NCBI GenBank assembly: GCA_031273725.1
Contig: JAISRG010000066.1
Span: forward strand, 1-44,420
Reading direction: 5' to 3'
Source of the DNA: Puniceicoccales bacterium
GTDB lineage: Bacteria; Verrucomicrobiota; Verrucomicrobiia; Opitutales; JAIRKQ01
Length of the DNA stretch: 44,420 nucleotides
Part shown: piece after piece, positions 24,535-34,953 of the stretch
How positions within the stretch are numbered: position 1 is the stretch's first letter
Layout: every line of letters begins with the position of its first letter
Made by a program: the position numbers and the translations under genes
Notes under the pieces: model-generated
The model's database searches: none
The model's input: the letters and a program-made list of their open reading frames with translations, nothing else
Told to the model about the DNA's origin: nothing

Positions 24535-25439
24535 AAAAACTTTTCCTTAGACGCCATTGTTTATTTTTTACCACCATTGCGATACTGGTAATGTGTCAGG
24601 TATTAATTGTAAAAAATTGTTTCAATGCATACCGCAATAAAATTATACAAAGGGAAAGTGTTACGGCCATAACAAATTCCCTGGCTGCCAAACAATCGAA
24701 ACTACCACATGGTCACCTAGAAAAGGAACGGCAGCTTAAAGCGGATGTAATCCAGTATAGAAAATTTGTATCGAAGAACTGGGAAAATATGTCAAAATTA
24801 GCATATGCCAACAGTTCACACACTTTGCCCCCGAATCACATAGCAGTATTTTTTGAAATATCGGATTACCTAACATGGGCACGGGAATCTTGCGATGCGC
24901 TGGGTGCAGAATTTGAACCGAGTTGTTCCTTTGGTTTTAGAGACTTTTTCGAAAAAAATGAACAACCCCTATTCAATGAAATTTATGATATTCATCGGCA
25001 ACAGGAGCAGCTAAGGTTACTCATTTCTTGCCTGCTGGAATCGCGGACTTCATACCTAAAAATTATATCCATTGAACGTGGCGATTTGCCATATTCAAAC
25101 TACTTCGAAAATGGGGACGTATTTTTACCAAATGTCCGCCAGGTAGATGGGGACAAGTCCTATCTTTACAAGATAAAGTTTACGGCCTTCACCGATTCTT
25201 TCAGAAATTTTCTCCGAAATTTGTATGAAAATGAAATTCCCGTCATCTTTAGACAAATTTCGATACATCCAAACCACACATTCAAACTGGTAAAAAATAA
25301 TCCCGATCAAATTCTGGAATGTCTTGCGTCTACATTTTCACTGGTAGTAGAATTTTTAGATATCCCTCCCGACATTGTACAGGGCAACAAAAAGAATGCG
25401 GCATTGTACAGAAAAATTTCATACGAAACTGCCCCATAG
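24531..25439 (+). CDS. PilO-like bitopic protein, possibly of the Amuc_1100 pilus-associated family (302 aa)
   Basis: The start overlaps the upstream stop (ATGA at 24531..24534). N-terminal TM (LFFTTIAILVMCQVLIV), then a coiled-coil-like segment and a globular part. Its architecture and some local patterns (YKIKFTAFTDSFRNFLRNLYENEIPVIFRQISI) resemble my recollection of Akkermansia Amuc_1100, which is encoded next to a pilM-like gene. Confidence 0.45.
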   Translation: MKKLFLRRHCLFFTTIAILVMCQVLIVKNCFNAYRNKIIQRESVTAITNSLAAKQSKLPHGHLEKERQLKADVIQYRKFVSKNWENMSKLAYANSSHTLPPNHIAVFFEISDYLTWARESCDALGAEFEPSCSFGFRDFFEKNEQPLFNEIYDIHRQQEQLRLLISCLLESRTSYLKIISIERGDLPYSNYFENGDVFLPNVRQVDGDKSYLYKIKFTAFTDSFRNFLRNLYENEIPVIFRQISIHPNHTFKLVKNNPDQILECLASTFSLVVEFLDIPPDIVQGNKKNAALYRKISYETAP

Positions 25440-25475
25440 GTTCTTCTCCGTTTTTACGCGTCTTGCGATGGAGCA

Positions 25476-26423
25476 TTACTTATTTGCGAAAAATACAACA
25501 AGCAAATATGTCATGACGAACATCAGGCCACTTTTCCTCGAAAAGATATTTTTTGTCGCGAAAACGTACCAACTTGCTACCGTTATAAAAGCAAGGGCAC
25601 AGGTTTCCATTCGAAATGATTCCTTCGCAAAATATAGAGGGTGTATGGATGTGCAAAGTCCAGTTATGAGCATCAAATTCAATAAATTTGATCCAATGAT
25701 GTTTCCGGAACAAATGTTATGGTGCCGCTGTTTCGCAGCCGTTGTAACAACAAAAATCTCAGGAGCACTTGTTCCCAGGGCCAATAGGGAAAATCCTATG
25801 AATGTTTCCGATATTTTAAAAAGGTTCGAAATTTGGTAGCAGGACGTTACTACCAAATGGGCGCCAAAAGTTAGTAAGACAATGGAAGATATGAAAATAA
25901 AGCTACTTTTTTTGGTGGACCATTCACTAAAATTTTCTTCATCCATGCATGTTTTGTCCGAATCGCTTTTAGATTTTTTTCTTAGGAAAGAAAAAAACAT
26001 GTATGCTGCAAATGTCATTAAAAAGATAGCACTTGCGTACCGTGTTACTTGGCCTCTAAAACAGCAATAGGAAAAAAACATTGTCAAAGCAAACAATAGG
26101 GGAAACTCCACCCACACTATCTTTTTATTGCATTTAAATGGGGTTACCAGGGATGCTACGCCGAACCCGAGTGCCAAATTCGAGAAATTACTGCCCACGA
26201 TGTTCCCTATGGCAATATTTGGATGGTCTTCCAGAATGGCGGTTATGGTCGATACGAGGTCTGGGGCCGCCGTTCCGATTGAAATTAAAAATATCTCAAC
26301 CATGGCTGAGTTTACGTTGAATTTACGCAGCATGTGCAAAGAGGAATCACAGAGAAATTTCGCCCCATATGTTAGACAAATGAACCCAATAATTAAAAGC
26401 AATACAACGCAAAATAACGCCAT
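25476..26423 (-). CDS. CaCA-family cation/Ca2+ exchanger (YrbG-like)
   Basis: About ten TM segments with the two alpha-repeats GTAAPDL...GNIVGSNFSNL and GTSAPEI...GNIIGSNLLNL. Confidence 0.85.
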   Translation of the reverse strand: MALFCVVLLLIIGFICLTYGAKFLCDSSLHMLRKFNVNSAMVEIFLISIGTAAPDLVSTITAILEDHPNIAIGNIVGSNFSNLALGFGVASLVTPFKCNKKIVWVEFPLLFALTMFFSYCCFRGQVTRYASAIFLMTFAAYMFFSFLRKKSKSDSDKTCMDEENFSEWSTKKSSFIFISSIVLLTFGAHLVVTSCYQISNLFKISETFIGFSLLALGTSAPEIFVVTTAAKQRHHNICSGNIIGSNLLNLMLITGLCTSIHPLYFAKESFRMETCALAFITVASWYVFATKNIFSRKSGLMFVMTYLLVVFFANK

Positions 26424-26541
26424 TGGAGAAATGTTTAAAAAATCTCACAGATTCTCAAGTATGAAAATTGCCCACTTCTTCTGTTATATCATCAAAATGG
26501 TTGTGTTTGTATTTTTAATTATTAACAATTTGCGAAAATCC

Positions 26542-27294
26542 ATGTGTGCCCTTGAAATTAAAAATTTGCGGTTGTCGGTAAACGATAACGTCGTGTTAGA
26601 TGGGTTTTCCCTAAAAATTCTTCCCGGAGAAATCCATGCTTTCATCGGGAAAAATGGGGTTGGAAAAAGTTCTCTGGCGAAAGCAATTGCTGGGCATCCG
26701 GCATATAAAATTCAACGGGGAGATGTCGTCTTAGATGGTGAGAGTATCATGGGAAAAGCACCAGATGAAATCGCGAGACAAGGATTTTTTTTGGCTTTTC
26801 AAAGCCCCATCGAACTTCCGGGAATCTCATTGGCAAACTTTATTCGTGCCGCAGTTCAATCAAGACTTCCCAAAGGTACCCCACTTAGCGGGGTGGATTT
26901 TTACAAAAGCTTATATGCCCAAATGGAGGTTTTGCAAATTGATAAGTCCTTCACTTCGCGGCCACTAAATGACGGCTTTTCGGGAGGAGAGAAGAAGCGC
27001 TGCGAAGTTTTACAAATGATGATGGTCAAACCAAAATATGCGATCCTTGACGAGACGGATAGCGGCCTTGACATTGATGCACTGAAAATTGTTGCCAATG
27101 CTGTCAATGCCATGCGCAACGATAATTTTGCGGCGATCATAATCACGCATCACAACAAACTTTTAGAATACATAAGACCAGATGTTGTCCATATTATTTC
27201 CGGTGGGAAAATTGCAATGAGCGGAGGATTGGAGCTCATTGATAGGCTGGAAAAATTTGGCTATGGATTTATTAACGATGAAAATTTACTGTAA
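26542..27294 (+). CDS. sufC: Fe-S cluster assembly ATPase SufC
   Basis: Walker A GKNGVGKS, signature FSGGEKKR, Walker [12 protein letters not shown] moved the start to the ATG at 26542 ([13 protein letters not shown]) because the track's 26128 start adds 138 non-homologous residues that overlap the antisense CaCA gene. Confidence 0.9.
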   Translation: MCALEIKNLRLSVNDNVVLDGFSLKILPGEIHAFIGKNGVGKSSLAKAIAGHPAYKIQRGDVVLDGESIMGKAPDEIARQGFFLAFQSPIELPGISLANFIRAAVQSRLPKGTPLSGVDFYKSLYAQMEVLQIDKSFTSRPLNDGFSGGEKKRCEVLQMMMVKPKYAILDETDSGLDIDALKIVANAVNAMRNDNFAAIIITHHNKLLEYIRPDVVHIISGGKIAMSGGLELIDRLEKFGYGFINDENLL

Positions 27295-27299
27295 ACACC

Positions 27300-28697
27300 A
27301 TGGATGATTTTCACCAATCAATTGACGCGGCAAACTTTCACTATGACGTTGATTACAAATATGATGCGGGCACTGGCTTAAATGAGCAGACCATTGATTA
27401 CATTGCCAACGTTAAGAATGATGCTGATTGGATTCGAGAATTTCGGAAAACTGCGCTGAAAAAATTTCATGAAATTCCACTACCGAAATGGGTGACGAAT
27501 CGCGAAGTCCACGATTTAGATTTTTCCACGATTCGATATTATTTGGCCAATAACCAACTGCCACAAACATCTTGGGAAAAGGTTTCCCAGGATGTAAAAA
27601 CTACATTTGAACGACTTGGAGTGCCCGAAAAAGAGAGAAAATTTCTTGCCGGTGTTGAAGCCCAATTCGACAGCGAATCTGCCTATTCGCGCATGCAAGG
27701 AGAACTCAGCAAACAGGGGGTAATTTTTGTCAATTCGACGGAAGGGTTAAATAAATTTCCGGAAATATTTCGAAAATATTTCGGGACGGTTGTTCCAATT
27801 GCAGACAACAAATTCAGTGCTTTGAATAGTGCTGTTTTCAGCGGTGGTAGCTTCATTTATATCCCTAAAAATATCCAAGTAAAACAACCGTTGCAGGCGT
27901 ATTTTCGCATAAATTCAGAACGGTTTGGACAATTTGAGCGTACTTTAATTATCGTTGATGAGGGTGCGGAAGTGACATATTTGGAAGGGTGTACCGCTCC
28001 AAAATTTGAAACGTCGACGCTGCATTCCGCCGTCGTGGAAATTGTCGCCCTAAAAAATGCGAAAATTCAGTATATTACCGTACAAAACTGGTCGAACAAT
28101 GTTTTCAATTTGGTGACCAAACGTGGTATCGCCCATGAAAATGCGGAGATTAAGTGGATTGATTGCAATATTGGTTCCCGTCTGACGATGAAATACCCAG
28201 CGATTTACCTAAAAGGGAAACATGCCAGGGGCGAAGTTTTGTCCATAGCGGTTGCCTCCGATGGCCAAATCCAAGATACCGGCGCAAAAATGATACACCT
28301 TGCCGATAACACTTCGTCGAATATTGTATCAAAATCCGTTTCTTTTGGCGGAGGCATGGCATCCTACCGGGGGGTGGTCAATATTTCAAAGGATTTGAAG
28401 GGTTGCAAAAACAACACCGTCTGCGATGCACTTTTAATAAACCCAACCAGCAAAACCGCTACTTTCCCTAAAATCGATGTCACTGGCAATGGAAATGTCG
28501 TCCAACACGAGGCCAGTGTGTCAAAAATCAGTGAGGAACAAATTTTCTACATGCAGCAACGTGGTATTTCAGAGGCCCAGGCAATGAGTCTAAGTGTTAA
28601 CGGTTTCATCAATGATTTGGTGCGCGAATTTCCAATGGAATATAGCGTCGAAATGAAACGCCTAATCGAGATGCAAACGGAAAAAGCAATCGGATAA
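27300..28697 (+). CDS. sufB: Fe-S cluster assembly scaffold SufB
   Basis: Collinear SufB-like sequence ([12 protein letters not shown]..., ...[15 protein letters not shown]..., ...[24 protein letters not shown]...). 465 aa, 5 nt after sufC. Confidence 0.93.
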   Translation: MDDFHQSIDAANFHYDVDYKYDAGTGLNEQTIDYIANVKNDADWIREFRKTALKKFHEIPLPKWVTNREVHDLDFSTIRYYLANNQLPQTSWEKVSQDVKTTFERLGVPEKERKFLAGVEAQFDSESAYSRMQGELSKQGVIFVNSTEGLNKFPEIFRKYFGTVVPIADNKFSALNSAVFSGGSFIYIPKNIQVKQPLQAYFRINSERFGQFERTLIIVDEGAEVTYLEGCTAPKFETSTLHSAVVEIVALKNAKIQYITVQNWSNNVFNLVTKRGIAHENAEIKWIDCNIGSRLTMKYPAIYLKGKHARGEVLSIAVASDGQIQDTGAKMIHLADNTSSNIVSKSVSFGGGMASYRGVVNISKDLKGCKNNTVCDALLINPTSKTATFPKIDVTGNGNVVQHEASVSKISEEQIFYMQQRGISEAQAMSLSVNGFINDLVREFPMEYSVEMKRLIEMQTEKAIG

Positions 28698-30608
28698 TTA
28701 ATAGCCGCGGTTTTTTCCATCGCATTGCATTAACACCAGTTGGATAGCTTTGAAAACGGAGTCTATGCTAACATCTTCCGTATTGAAACCACCATTTTCG
28801 GGACAACTATCGGGCATGACAATTATTTTATTAGACTCATATATCGGTCCAGTAACAAGGGGATTGGTGACACCGTATATGCAAACCAATGGACAACCGA
28901 ACATGTTTGCAAGATGCATCCCACCCGTATCAATTGCAACGACCAAGTCATCCCTCTGCATATAACTTGCCAATTCGAGCAGTGTTGTTTTTCCGGCTAA
29001 ATTTGAAATATTTTCCCGGTCAAGGAAAAGAGAAACTTCATCTACAAACATTGCATCGGCCTTTGTTCCATACAAATTTATATGCACATCTTCATATGCC
29101 CCACAGACCATTTCGATTAGAATTCTCCAAAATTTTACAGGCCAGCGTTTGCGTGGAGTATTGACGGAACCACACACCATTCCAATTAGATACCTGCTCT
29201 TTGAAACAACTTCCATATTCGTACAAAGTTTGAATGGGGAAAGTTTACTTTCACATTCGATCCCAGCCTCATTCAGGGCATTCTCCCATAATTTTGTCTG
29301 GTGTAAAAATTCAGCATCGGCACTATTTTCATACAAGTTGTTGATGAAAATTCTCCTATAAAATCTATTTTTAGTGTCCGCCCCTATCCTTTTGGGTGCT
29401 CCCATTAAAACCGCCTCGATGTCGCCACGCAATGAATTAACAAGCGAAATATGGACATCGGGATATGGGTAAACATCTCTAATCTTTAAGATATTAAGAA
29501 AATATTTTAAATCTTTTGGAGGCAATTGAATTACTTTGTCGGCAATTTTTAATTTAACAAGGAAATCCACAAATTGTTCCTGGCAGATCAAAATTAGTTC
29601 CGTGTCGGGATAGTAATTTTTTAATGTGCGTAGTACGGCTACCGCCATGGCGATATCCCCTAACCAATTGGGCATGCGTACCGTAATGCGAAAGTTTATT
29701 ACCTCTTCCGGGTTGATTTTTAGGTACTTTTGAGACTGTGGCAACCATTCGCATCTTCTCCGTTTCACCAAGTTTTTTGGGCCATAGGTTGCAACTTTCC
29801 ACCTATCATGGGCCCACAGCCAGTCGGAGCAGATATTTTCATTTCCCGTTAAAAGTTCTTCCAAGTGTTTATTCGCAGCGAACAGGATCGTCTTGGGGTC
29901 ATTTTCATCAAAATTTAGTTTCTTGATCTTAATTTTTGCTTTCCAAAAACCAACCCTCATTGGGTATAGAAAATAAACGGGAACTTTAAACTTTTGATAT
30001 AGCAAGGCTGGCAGGTCCGTCGATGCAATTATCCGGTTGAAAAACATCATGCGATAGCCGCTATCGCCGGCATTTTGGTCAAATAGCAATGACACAATTC
30101 CCTTGTTTTTTAGAATCTGCATCGCTTCAAATATTCCCTTTTTTCTGGAAATCAATTTCATCCCACCTCCCTCGCGGGTGTGTCTCATAAACTTTTCCAA
30201 CGATGGATTGTCAAATGGTCGATAAATTACGCCCACCTCTGGCCAATCAACGCCATCTACAATTTTGGGCAAAAGTGTCATGGTCTCCATTAGGGTAAAG
30301 TGGGGAACCAGAATGATTGCCCCATGTCCTCCGGTCAAAATTTGATTGGCAACCCTTTTATATTCTTCGCTCAGTTTAAAATCCGATTTTATTCTTTTCT
30401 TACTGAGAAAATTTCCAGCGATACTCAATAGGCCAAGTTCTATGAGCCGGAAAAAGTTTTCCCGGCAAACTTTTCTACGCCACGGCGCACTCCGATTAGG
30501 AAAAGCGTAATGTAGATTTGACAACACAAGCCGTCTGCGGGAAGGCATTACGAACATGGTAATGCTACCACAGATGATGCACAGTAACCGAATAATACAC
30601 TTGGGCAT
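28698..30608 (-). CDS. Fusion protein: N-terminal LpxL/HtrB-type lipid A (Kdo-lipid IVA) acyltransferase domain + C-terminal GT9 (heptosyltransferase-family) glycosyltransferase domain
   Basis: N-terminal half: membrane anchor, SRRRLVLSNLHYAFP, the H-x4-E motif (PHFTLMET), and LLFDQNAG. C-terminal half: VRMPNWLGDIAMAVAVLRTLKNYYPDTELILIC and DTGGMHLANMFGCPLVCIYGVTNP, typical of GT9. The track start at 30617 is a TTG; an ATG lies at 30608. Confidence 0.8.
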   Translation of the reverse strand: MPKCIIRLLCIICGSITMFVMPSRRRLVLSNLHYAFPNRSAPWRRKVCRENFFRLIELGLLSIAGNFLSKKRIKSDFKLSEEYKRVANQILTGGHGAIILVPHFTLMETMTLLPKIVDGVDWPEVGVIYRPFDNPSLEKFMRHTREGGGMKLISRKKGIFEAMQILKNKGIVSLLFDQNAGDSGYRMMFFNRIIASTDLPALLYQKFKVPVYFLYPMRVGFWKAKIKIKKLNFDENDPKTILFAANKHLEELLTGNENICSDWLWAHDRWKVATYGPKNLVKRRRCEWLPQSQKYLKINPEEVINFRITVRMPNWLGDIAMAVAVLRTLKNYYPDTELILICQEQFVDFLVKLKIADKVIQLPPKDLKYFLNILKIRDVYPYPDVHISLVNSLRGDIEAVLMGAPKRIGADTKNRFYRRIFINNLYENSADAEFLHQTKLWENALNEAGIECESKLSPFKLCTNMEVVSKSRYLIGMVCGSVNTPRKRWPVKFWRILIEMVCGAYEDVHINLYGTKADAMFVDEVSLFLDRENISNLAGKTTLLELASYMQRDDLVVAIDTGGMHLANMFGCPLVCIYGVTNPLVTGPIYESNKIIVMPDSCPENGGFNTEDVSIDSVFKAIQLVLMQCDGKNRGY

Positions 30609-30797
30609 ATGCGCCAACAGATATCCAAATATGACTAAAATGTGGTATAGCGTAATTTATCCTTTCAGAACCAATAAAATTAATCTACGAAACATATTGA
30701 TCGAAAAAGGAAACATGTCCATGCAAAGATAAAGAGATATGCAAGAATTTTCCTACACATCCCATGTACCAGTGACTTTTTATGGATCGCGATTCCT

Positions 30798-33700
30798 TTA
30801 GAATCCTTCTCCCGACAATTCTTCCCTCGGTACCAAATGTTTTACTTTGAGATAACGGTATTCCGGTAACCCGGTGCCCGCAGGAATCAGATGTCCCATG
30901 ATAACATTTTCCTTAAATCCTCTCAAAAGATCGTATTTCCCGAGGGTAGCAGCTTCCGTTAAAACCTTGGTCGTTTCTTGGAATGACGCTGCAGCAATGA
31001 AACTATCTGTTTCTATGGACGACTTTGTTATGCCCATCAAAATTGGCTCACAGGTGGCGGGCTCTCCTCCGGCATCTATGATTTTTTTATTCTCAGCCAT
31101 AAACGAGTCGCGGCTGACCTGCTCACCCCAGAAAAAGTCAGAATCTCCCGGTTCCAGTACCCGTACTTTTTTTAGCATGCATGCGACAATAATTTCTATG
31201 TGCTTATCGTTGATGACAACACCCTGCAGCCTATAGACCTTTTGAATTTCGGAAACCAAATATTCCTGTAGGCTCGATGGGCCCAAAATGCTCAATATTT
31301 CATGGGGATCCGGAGATCCATCCGTCAAACTTTGACCCTTATTTATAAAGTCGCCTTCGTGGACAATGATATGTTTTCCACTGGCGATCAAATGCTCTTG
31401 CCTTTCGCCAGTTTCACTGTCAGTGATAAAAACACGACGCTTATTACGCAAAATTCCACCAAAAGATACGATGCCATCCGACTTTGCCATCTCCGCGACA
31501 TCCTTCGGGCATCTTGCTTCGAATAATTCGGCAATCCTCGGCAATCCACCGGTAATGTCTTGGGTCTTAGAAGCAGAACGGGAAGTTTTTGCCAACAATG
31601 CTCCGGCCTGGACCTCATTGCCACTGCTTACGATGACTTGGGCACCGGTCGGAATAGAATACGTAGCAATGACTTTGTCGGATGGCAATCCTTGATCATT
31701 GACACCAGCCAAGATTTCAATCATTGGGGTTAGATCATCCTTATGTTCGATGACAATGGTGGTTATGCGGCCAGTTGCAACATCAACATCCCGCTTAACT
31801 GTCACTCCAGGAATCATGTCTTTGAAGTTTATGATACCTGGTTTTTCTGACAAAATCGGCATATTATGCGGATCCCACATAACAATCAAACCACCTTTTT
31901 CAATCTTTGCACCATCGGCAACATAGAGTAAGGCGCCGGGGACGATGGAATAGGTCTCCAGTTCATGGCCCTCGGAATCAACGATTTGAATAAATCCTGT
32001 TTTGTTCAATACAATATTTGCATTTTCGAGGGTTGTAACCATCCTCAGACCATTAAATTTGATAAAACCAGAGTGCCGAGCACGATATTCCGAACTCTTC
32101 AAGACCTGGCTGGCAACACCACCGACGTGGAAAGTCCTCAATGTTAGCTGGGTTCCCGGCTCACCGATGGACTGGGCAGCGATTACTCCTACGGCAGTCC
32201 CCCGCTCGACTATGCTGTTCGTAGCTGGATTAATCCCATAGGCTTTGGCGGGAATCGTGCTCCTGGACATATGTGTCAGCGGTGACATGATTTTTACGCG
32301 TTCGATGCCACATTCTTCTATGCGTTTGGCGATATCCGCCGTTATCAGCTCACCGGATGCGACTATTATTTCATCTGGATCGAGCAAATTTCTTACATCC
32401 TCGCTCGAACAACGCCCAATGATTCTATCTGCTAGGCTAACGATTTCATCATCGCCCTCCAAAATTGCCGATTTCCATATCCCGTTCCTATTGCCATCGT
32501 CGTTGTCCTCTATCACACAATCCATGGCAACATCGCACAATTTGCGCGTTAGGTATCCAGCATCGGCCGTTTTAAGGGCAGTGTCGGCCAAACCTTTCCT
32601 GGCACCGTGCGTGGAACTGAAATATTCCAAGACAGATAAACCTTCCCGAAAGGATGACAAAATTGGCTGTTCAATAATTTCCCCCGATGGTTTTGCCATG
32701 AGACCACGCATACCACATAGCTGGCGAACTTGCTGACGATTGCCGCGGGCACCGGAATCCATCATCAGGAACATCGAATTTACATCACTTGATCCACCAT
32801 TTTTGGACAACGATTCGAATGCCATTTGGGCGATATCATCGGTAGCCGTGGTCCAAATATCAACTATTTTATTATAACGCTCGCCGGAAGTAATTATTCC
32901 TCTCTTATGTTGCGCTTCCACATCTGCAATTTTCTTCTTGGCGGCGACAATTACATTCTGCTTATTGTCTGGAATTATCATGTCCCCGATCCCAATGGAT
33001 AAGCCAGCATTTGTGGCCTCTTTGAACCCAAGATCTTTCAACCTATCCAGGGTTTTTACGGCAACCTCTTGGCCGGCCACTTTGTACGTATTGAGAACAA
33101 GATCACCCAGTTTTCCTTTGGCTACTGGAGAATTGACAAATCCAAGGGCCCGTGGGAAGATGCTGTTAAAAATTATCCGGCCGAGCGTAGTTTCTATGAC
33201 CTTCGCATTCGGGTTACCATAGCGGGTATTCTGTTTGTAGTCAGGATTTACGTAGCGTACCCTGTCATGTTTTTTCAAAATGCTTTCCGTATCTATGCGC
33301 AATGCCTCTTCGATACTAGATATTAATGGCAAAGTCGCTTCCGGATCTTTCTTTGTCATAGAGTCGATCGTTAGGTAGTAGCACCCAAGGACGATATCTT
33401 GGGAAGGGACCAATACGGGTTTTCCACTCGACGGAGAAAAAATGTTTTTCGAAGCCAGCATTAGCATCCTCGCTTCCATCACGGCTTCTAGGGATAGCGG
33501 CACGTGCACAGCCATTTGGTCACCATCGAAGTCAGCATTGAAAGCCGAACATACCAGCGGATGCAACCGTATGGCATCACCTTCTATTAGAAGCGGTTCG
33601 AATGCCTGAATCGACAACCTATGGAGGGTAGGCGCACGATTTAGCAGTATGGGATGGTCTCGGGTAACTTCCTCCAAAATATCCCAAACTTCGGGTGCCT

Positions 33701-34934
33701 GTTTCTCTATCATCTTTCTGGCGCTGCGGACAGTATGAACAAACCCGAGCTCTTTTAAACGTCTTATGATAAATGGCTCAAATAGTACCCAGGCCATGCG
33801 CTTTGGCAACCCACACTGGTGGATTTTCAATTCCGGACCTATGACAATTACCGACCGGCCGCTATAGTCCACCCGTTTCCCCAGCAGATTCTGCCTAAAG
33901 CGTCCCTGCTTCCCTTTCAACATTTCACTGAGGGATTTTAAAGGCCTATTTCCGGCCCCCATGACACTCCTCCCATGCTTATCGTTATCGAATAATGCAT
34001 CGACAGCTTCTTGGAGCATGCGCATTTCATTGTGAATGATAACATCTGGAGTTTTTAGGCTCAACAAACTTTTTAGGCGATTATTGCGATTGATAACCCT
34101 GCGGTACAAATCATTTAAATCGCTGGTAGCAAAACGTCCTCCATCCAAGGGGACCAGGGGACGCAAATCGGGAGGGATGATCGGTAAAACTTCCAAAACC
34201 ATCCACTCGGGGCGCATATTACTTGCTTCAAATCCATTCACCAGCTTCAATCGCTTGGTCAAAACCTTTTTCGCCTGCTTCGAATGGGTGACACGCAATT
34301 GTTCTTGCAACTCCGTTATGAGTGCTTGCAGGTCGATTTGGGACAAAAGATCTCGCACGGCTTCTGCGCCCATCTTTGCCACAAAGGCATCGTCACCATA
34401 TTCCTCCTGCAACTGGGCATGCTCTTTTTCCGTCAACAATTGGCACTTTTGCAAAGACGTAACCCCCGGATCAACAATTAGATAACGCTCATAGTATATG
34501 ACTTTTTCCAGATCTTTTGCCGTCATATCGAGCATCAGGCCCATTCTGCTTGGTAGACTTTTTAGGAACCAAATGTGTGATATTGGAACCGCAAGCTCGA
34601 TGTGCCCCATTCTTTCCCGACGAACGCGGGAGACTGTTACTTCGACACCACATCGTTCGCAAACCATTCCCTTGTGCTTAATTCGCTTGTACTTTCCGCA
34701 GGCACATTCATAGTCACGAACTGGGCCGAAAATCTTCTGGCAAAACAATCCTCCCGGCTCTGGCTTAAAGGTTCTATAATTGATCGTCTCTGGGTTTTTT
34801 ACCTCACCACTGGACCACGAACGGATGGTGTCCGGGGAAGCGATGGAAATACCTACGCGGTTATAGTTGCTGATGTCTTCAAACCCCAGAATTGATTTTA
34901 CTTCTTTGAAGTTAGTTTTTTCTGCGAAACTCAT
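30798..34934 (-). CDS. rpoC: DNA-directed RNA polymerase subunit beta'
   Basis: Zn-finger [23 protein letters not shown], catalytic [12 protein letters not shown]. 1378 aa, directly downstream of rpoB. Confidence 0.97.
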   Translation of the reverse strand: MSFAEKTNFKEVKSILGFEDISNYNRVGISIASPDTIRSWSSGEVKNPETINYRTFKPEPGGLFCQKIFGPVRDYECACGKYKRIKHKGMVCERCGVEVTVSRVRRERMGHIELAVPISHIWFLKSLPSRMGLMLDMTAKDLEKVIYYERYLIVDPGVTSLQKCQLLTEKEHAQLQEEYGDDAFVAKMGAEAVRDLLSQIDLQALITELQEQLRVTHSKQAKKVLTKRLKLVNGFEASNMRPEWMVLEVLPIIPPDLRPLVPLDGGRFATSDLNDLYRRVINRNNRLKSLLSLKTPDVIIHNEMRMLQEAVDALFDNDKHGRSVMGAGNRPLKSLSEMLKGKQGRFRQNLLGKRVDYSGRSVIVIGPELKIHQCGLPKRMAWVLFEPFIIRRLKELGFVHTVRSARKMIEKQAPEVWDILEEVTRDHPILLNRAPTLHRLSIQAFEPLLIEGDAIRLHPLVCSAFNADFDGDQMAVHVPLSLEAVMEARMLMLASKNIFSPSSGKPVLVPSQDIVLGCYYLTIDSMTKKDPEATLPLISSIEEALRIDTESILKKHDRVRYVNPDYKQNTRYGNPNAKVIETTLGRIIFNSIFPRALGFVNSPVAKGKLGDLVLNTYKVAGQEVAVKTLDRLKDLGFKEATNAGLSIGIGDMIIPDNKQNVIVAAKKKIADVEAQHKRGIITSGERYNKIVDIWTTATDDIAQMAFESLSKNGGSSDVNSMFLMMDSGARGNRQQVRQLCGMRGLMAKPSGEIIEQPILSSFREGLSVLEYFSSTHGARKGLADTALKTADAGYLTRKLCDVAMDCVIEDNDDGNRNGIWKSAILEGDDEIVSLADRIIGRCSSEDVRNLLDPDEIIVASGELITADIAKRIEECGIERVKIMSPLTHMSRSTIPAKAYGINPATNSIVERGTAVGVIAAQSIGEPGTQLTLRTFHVGGVASQVLKSSEYRARHSGFIKFNGLRMVTTLENANIVLNKTGFIQIVDSEGHELETYSIVPGALLYVADGAKIEKGGLIVMWDPHNMPILSEKPGIINFKDMIPGVTVKRDVDVATGRITTIVIEHKDDLTPMIEILAGVNDQGLPSDKVIATYSIPTGAQVIVSSGNEVQAGALLAKTSRSASKTQDITGGLPRIAELFEARCPKDVAEMAKSDGIVSFGGILRNKRRVFITDSETGERQEHLIASGKHIIVHEGDFINKGQSLTDGSPDPHEILSILGPSSLQEYLVSEIQKVYRLQGVVINDKHIEIIVACMLKKVRVLEPGDSDFFWGEQVSRDSFMAENKKIIDAGGEPATCEPILMGITKSSIETDSFIAAASFQETTKVLTEAATLGKYDLLRGFKENVIMGHLIPAGTGLPEYRYLKVKHLVPREELSGEGF

Positions 34935-34953
34935 TGTGTTACTAATTCCCTAA

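Noticed and set aside
25375-25839. The 154-aa plus-strand ORF, and other ORFs antisense to the CaCA gene (25480..25713, 25882..26070)
   Set aside because: They lie within or opposite a gene with clear CaCA alpha-repeat motifs and have no independent signals.
20570-28697. Replication terminus or dif site inferred from the switch from mostly + genes (left) to mostly - genes (right)
   Set aside because: Orientation alternates several times in 20.5-28.7 kb. I found no dif-like 28-mer, and ribosomal-protein/rpoBC blocks are not typical terminus neighbours. A genome-wide GC-skew analysis is needed.
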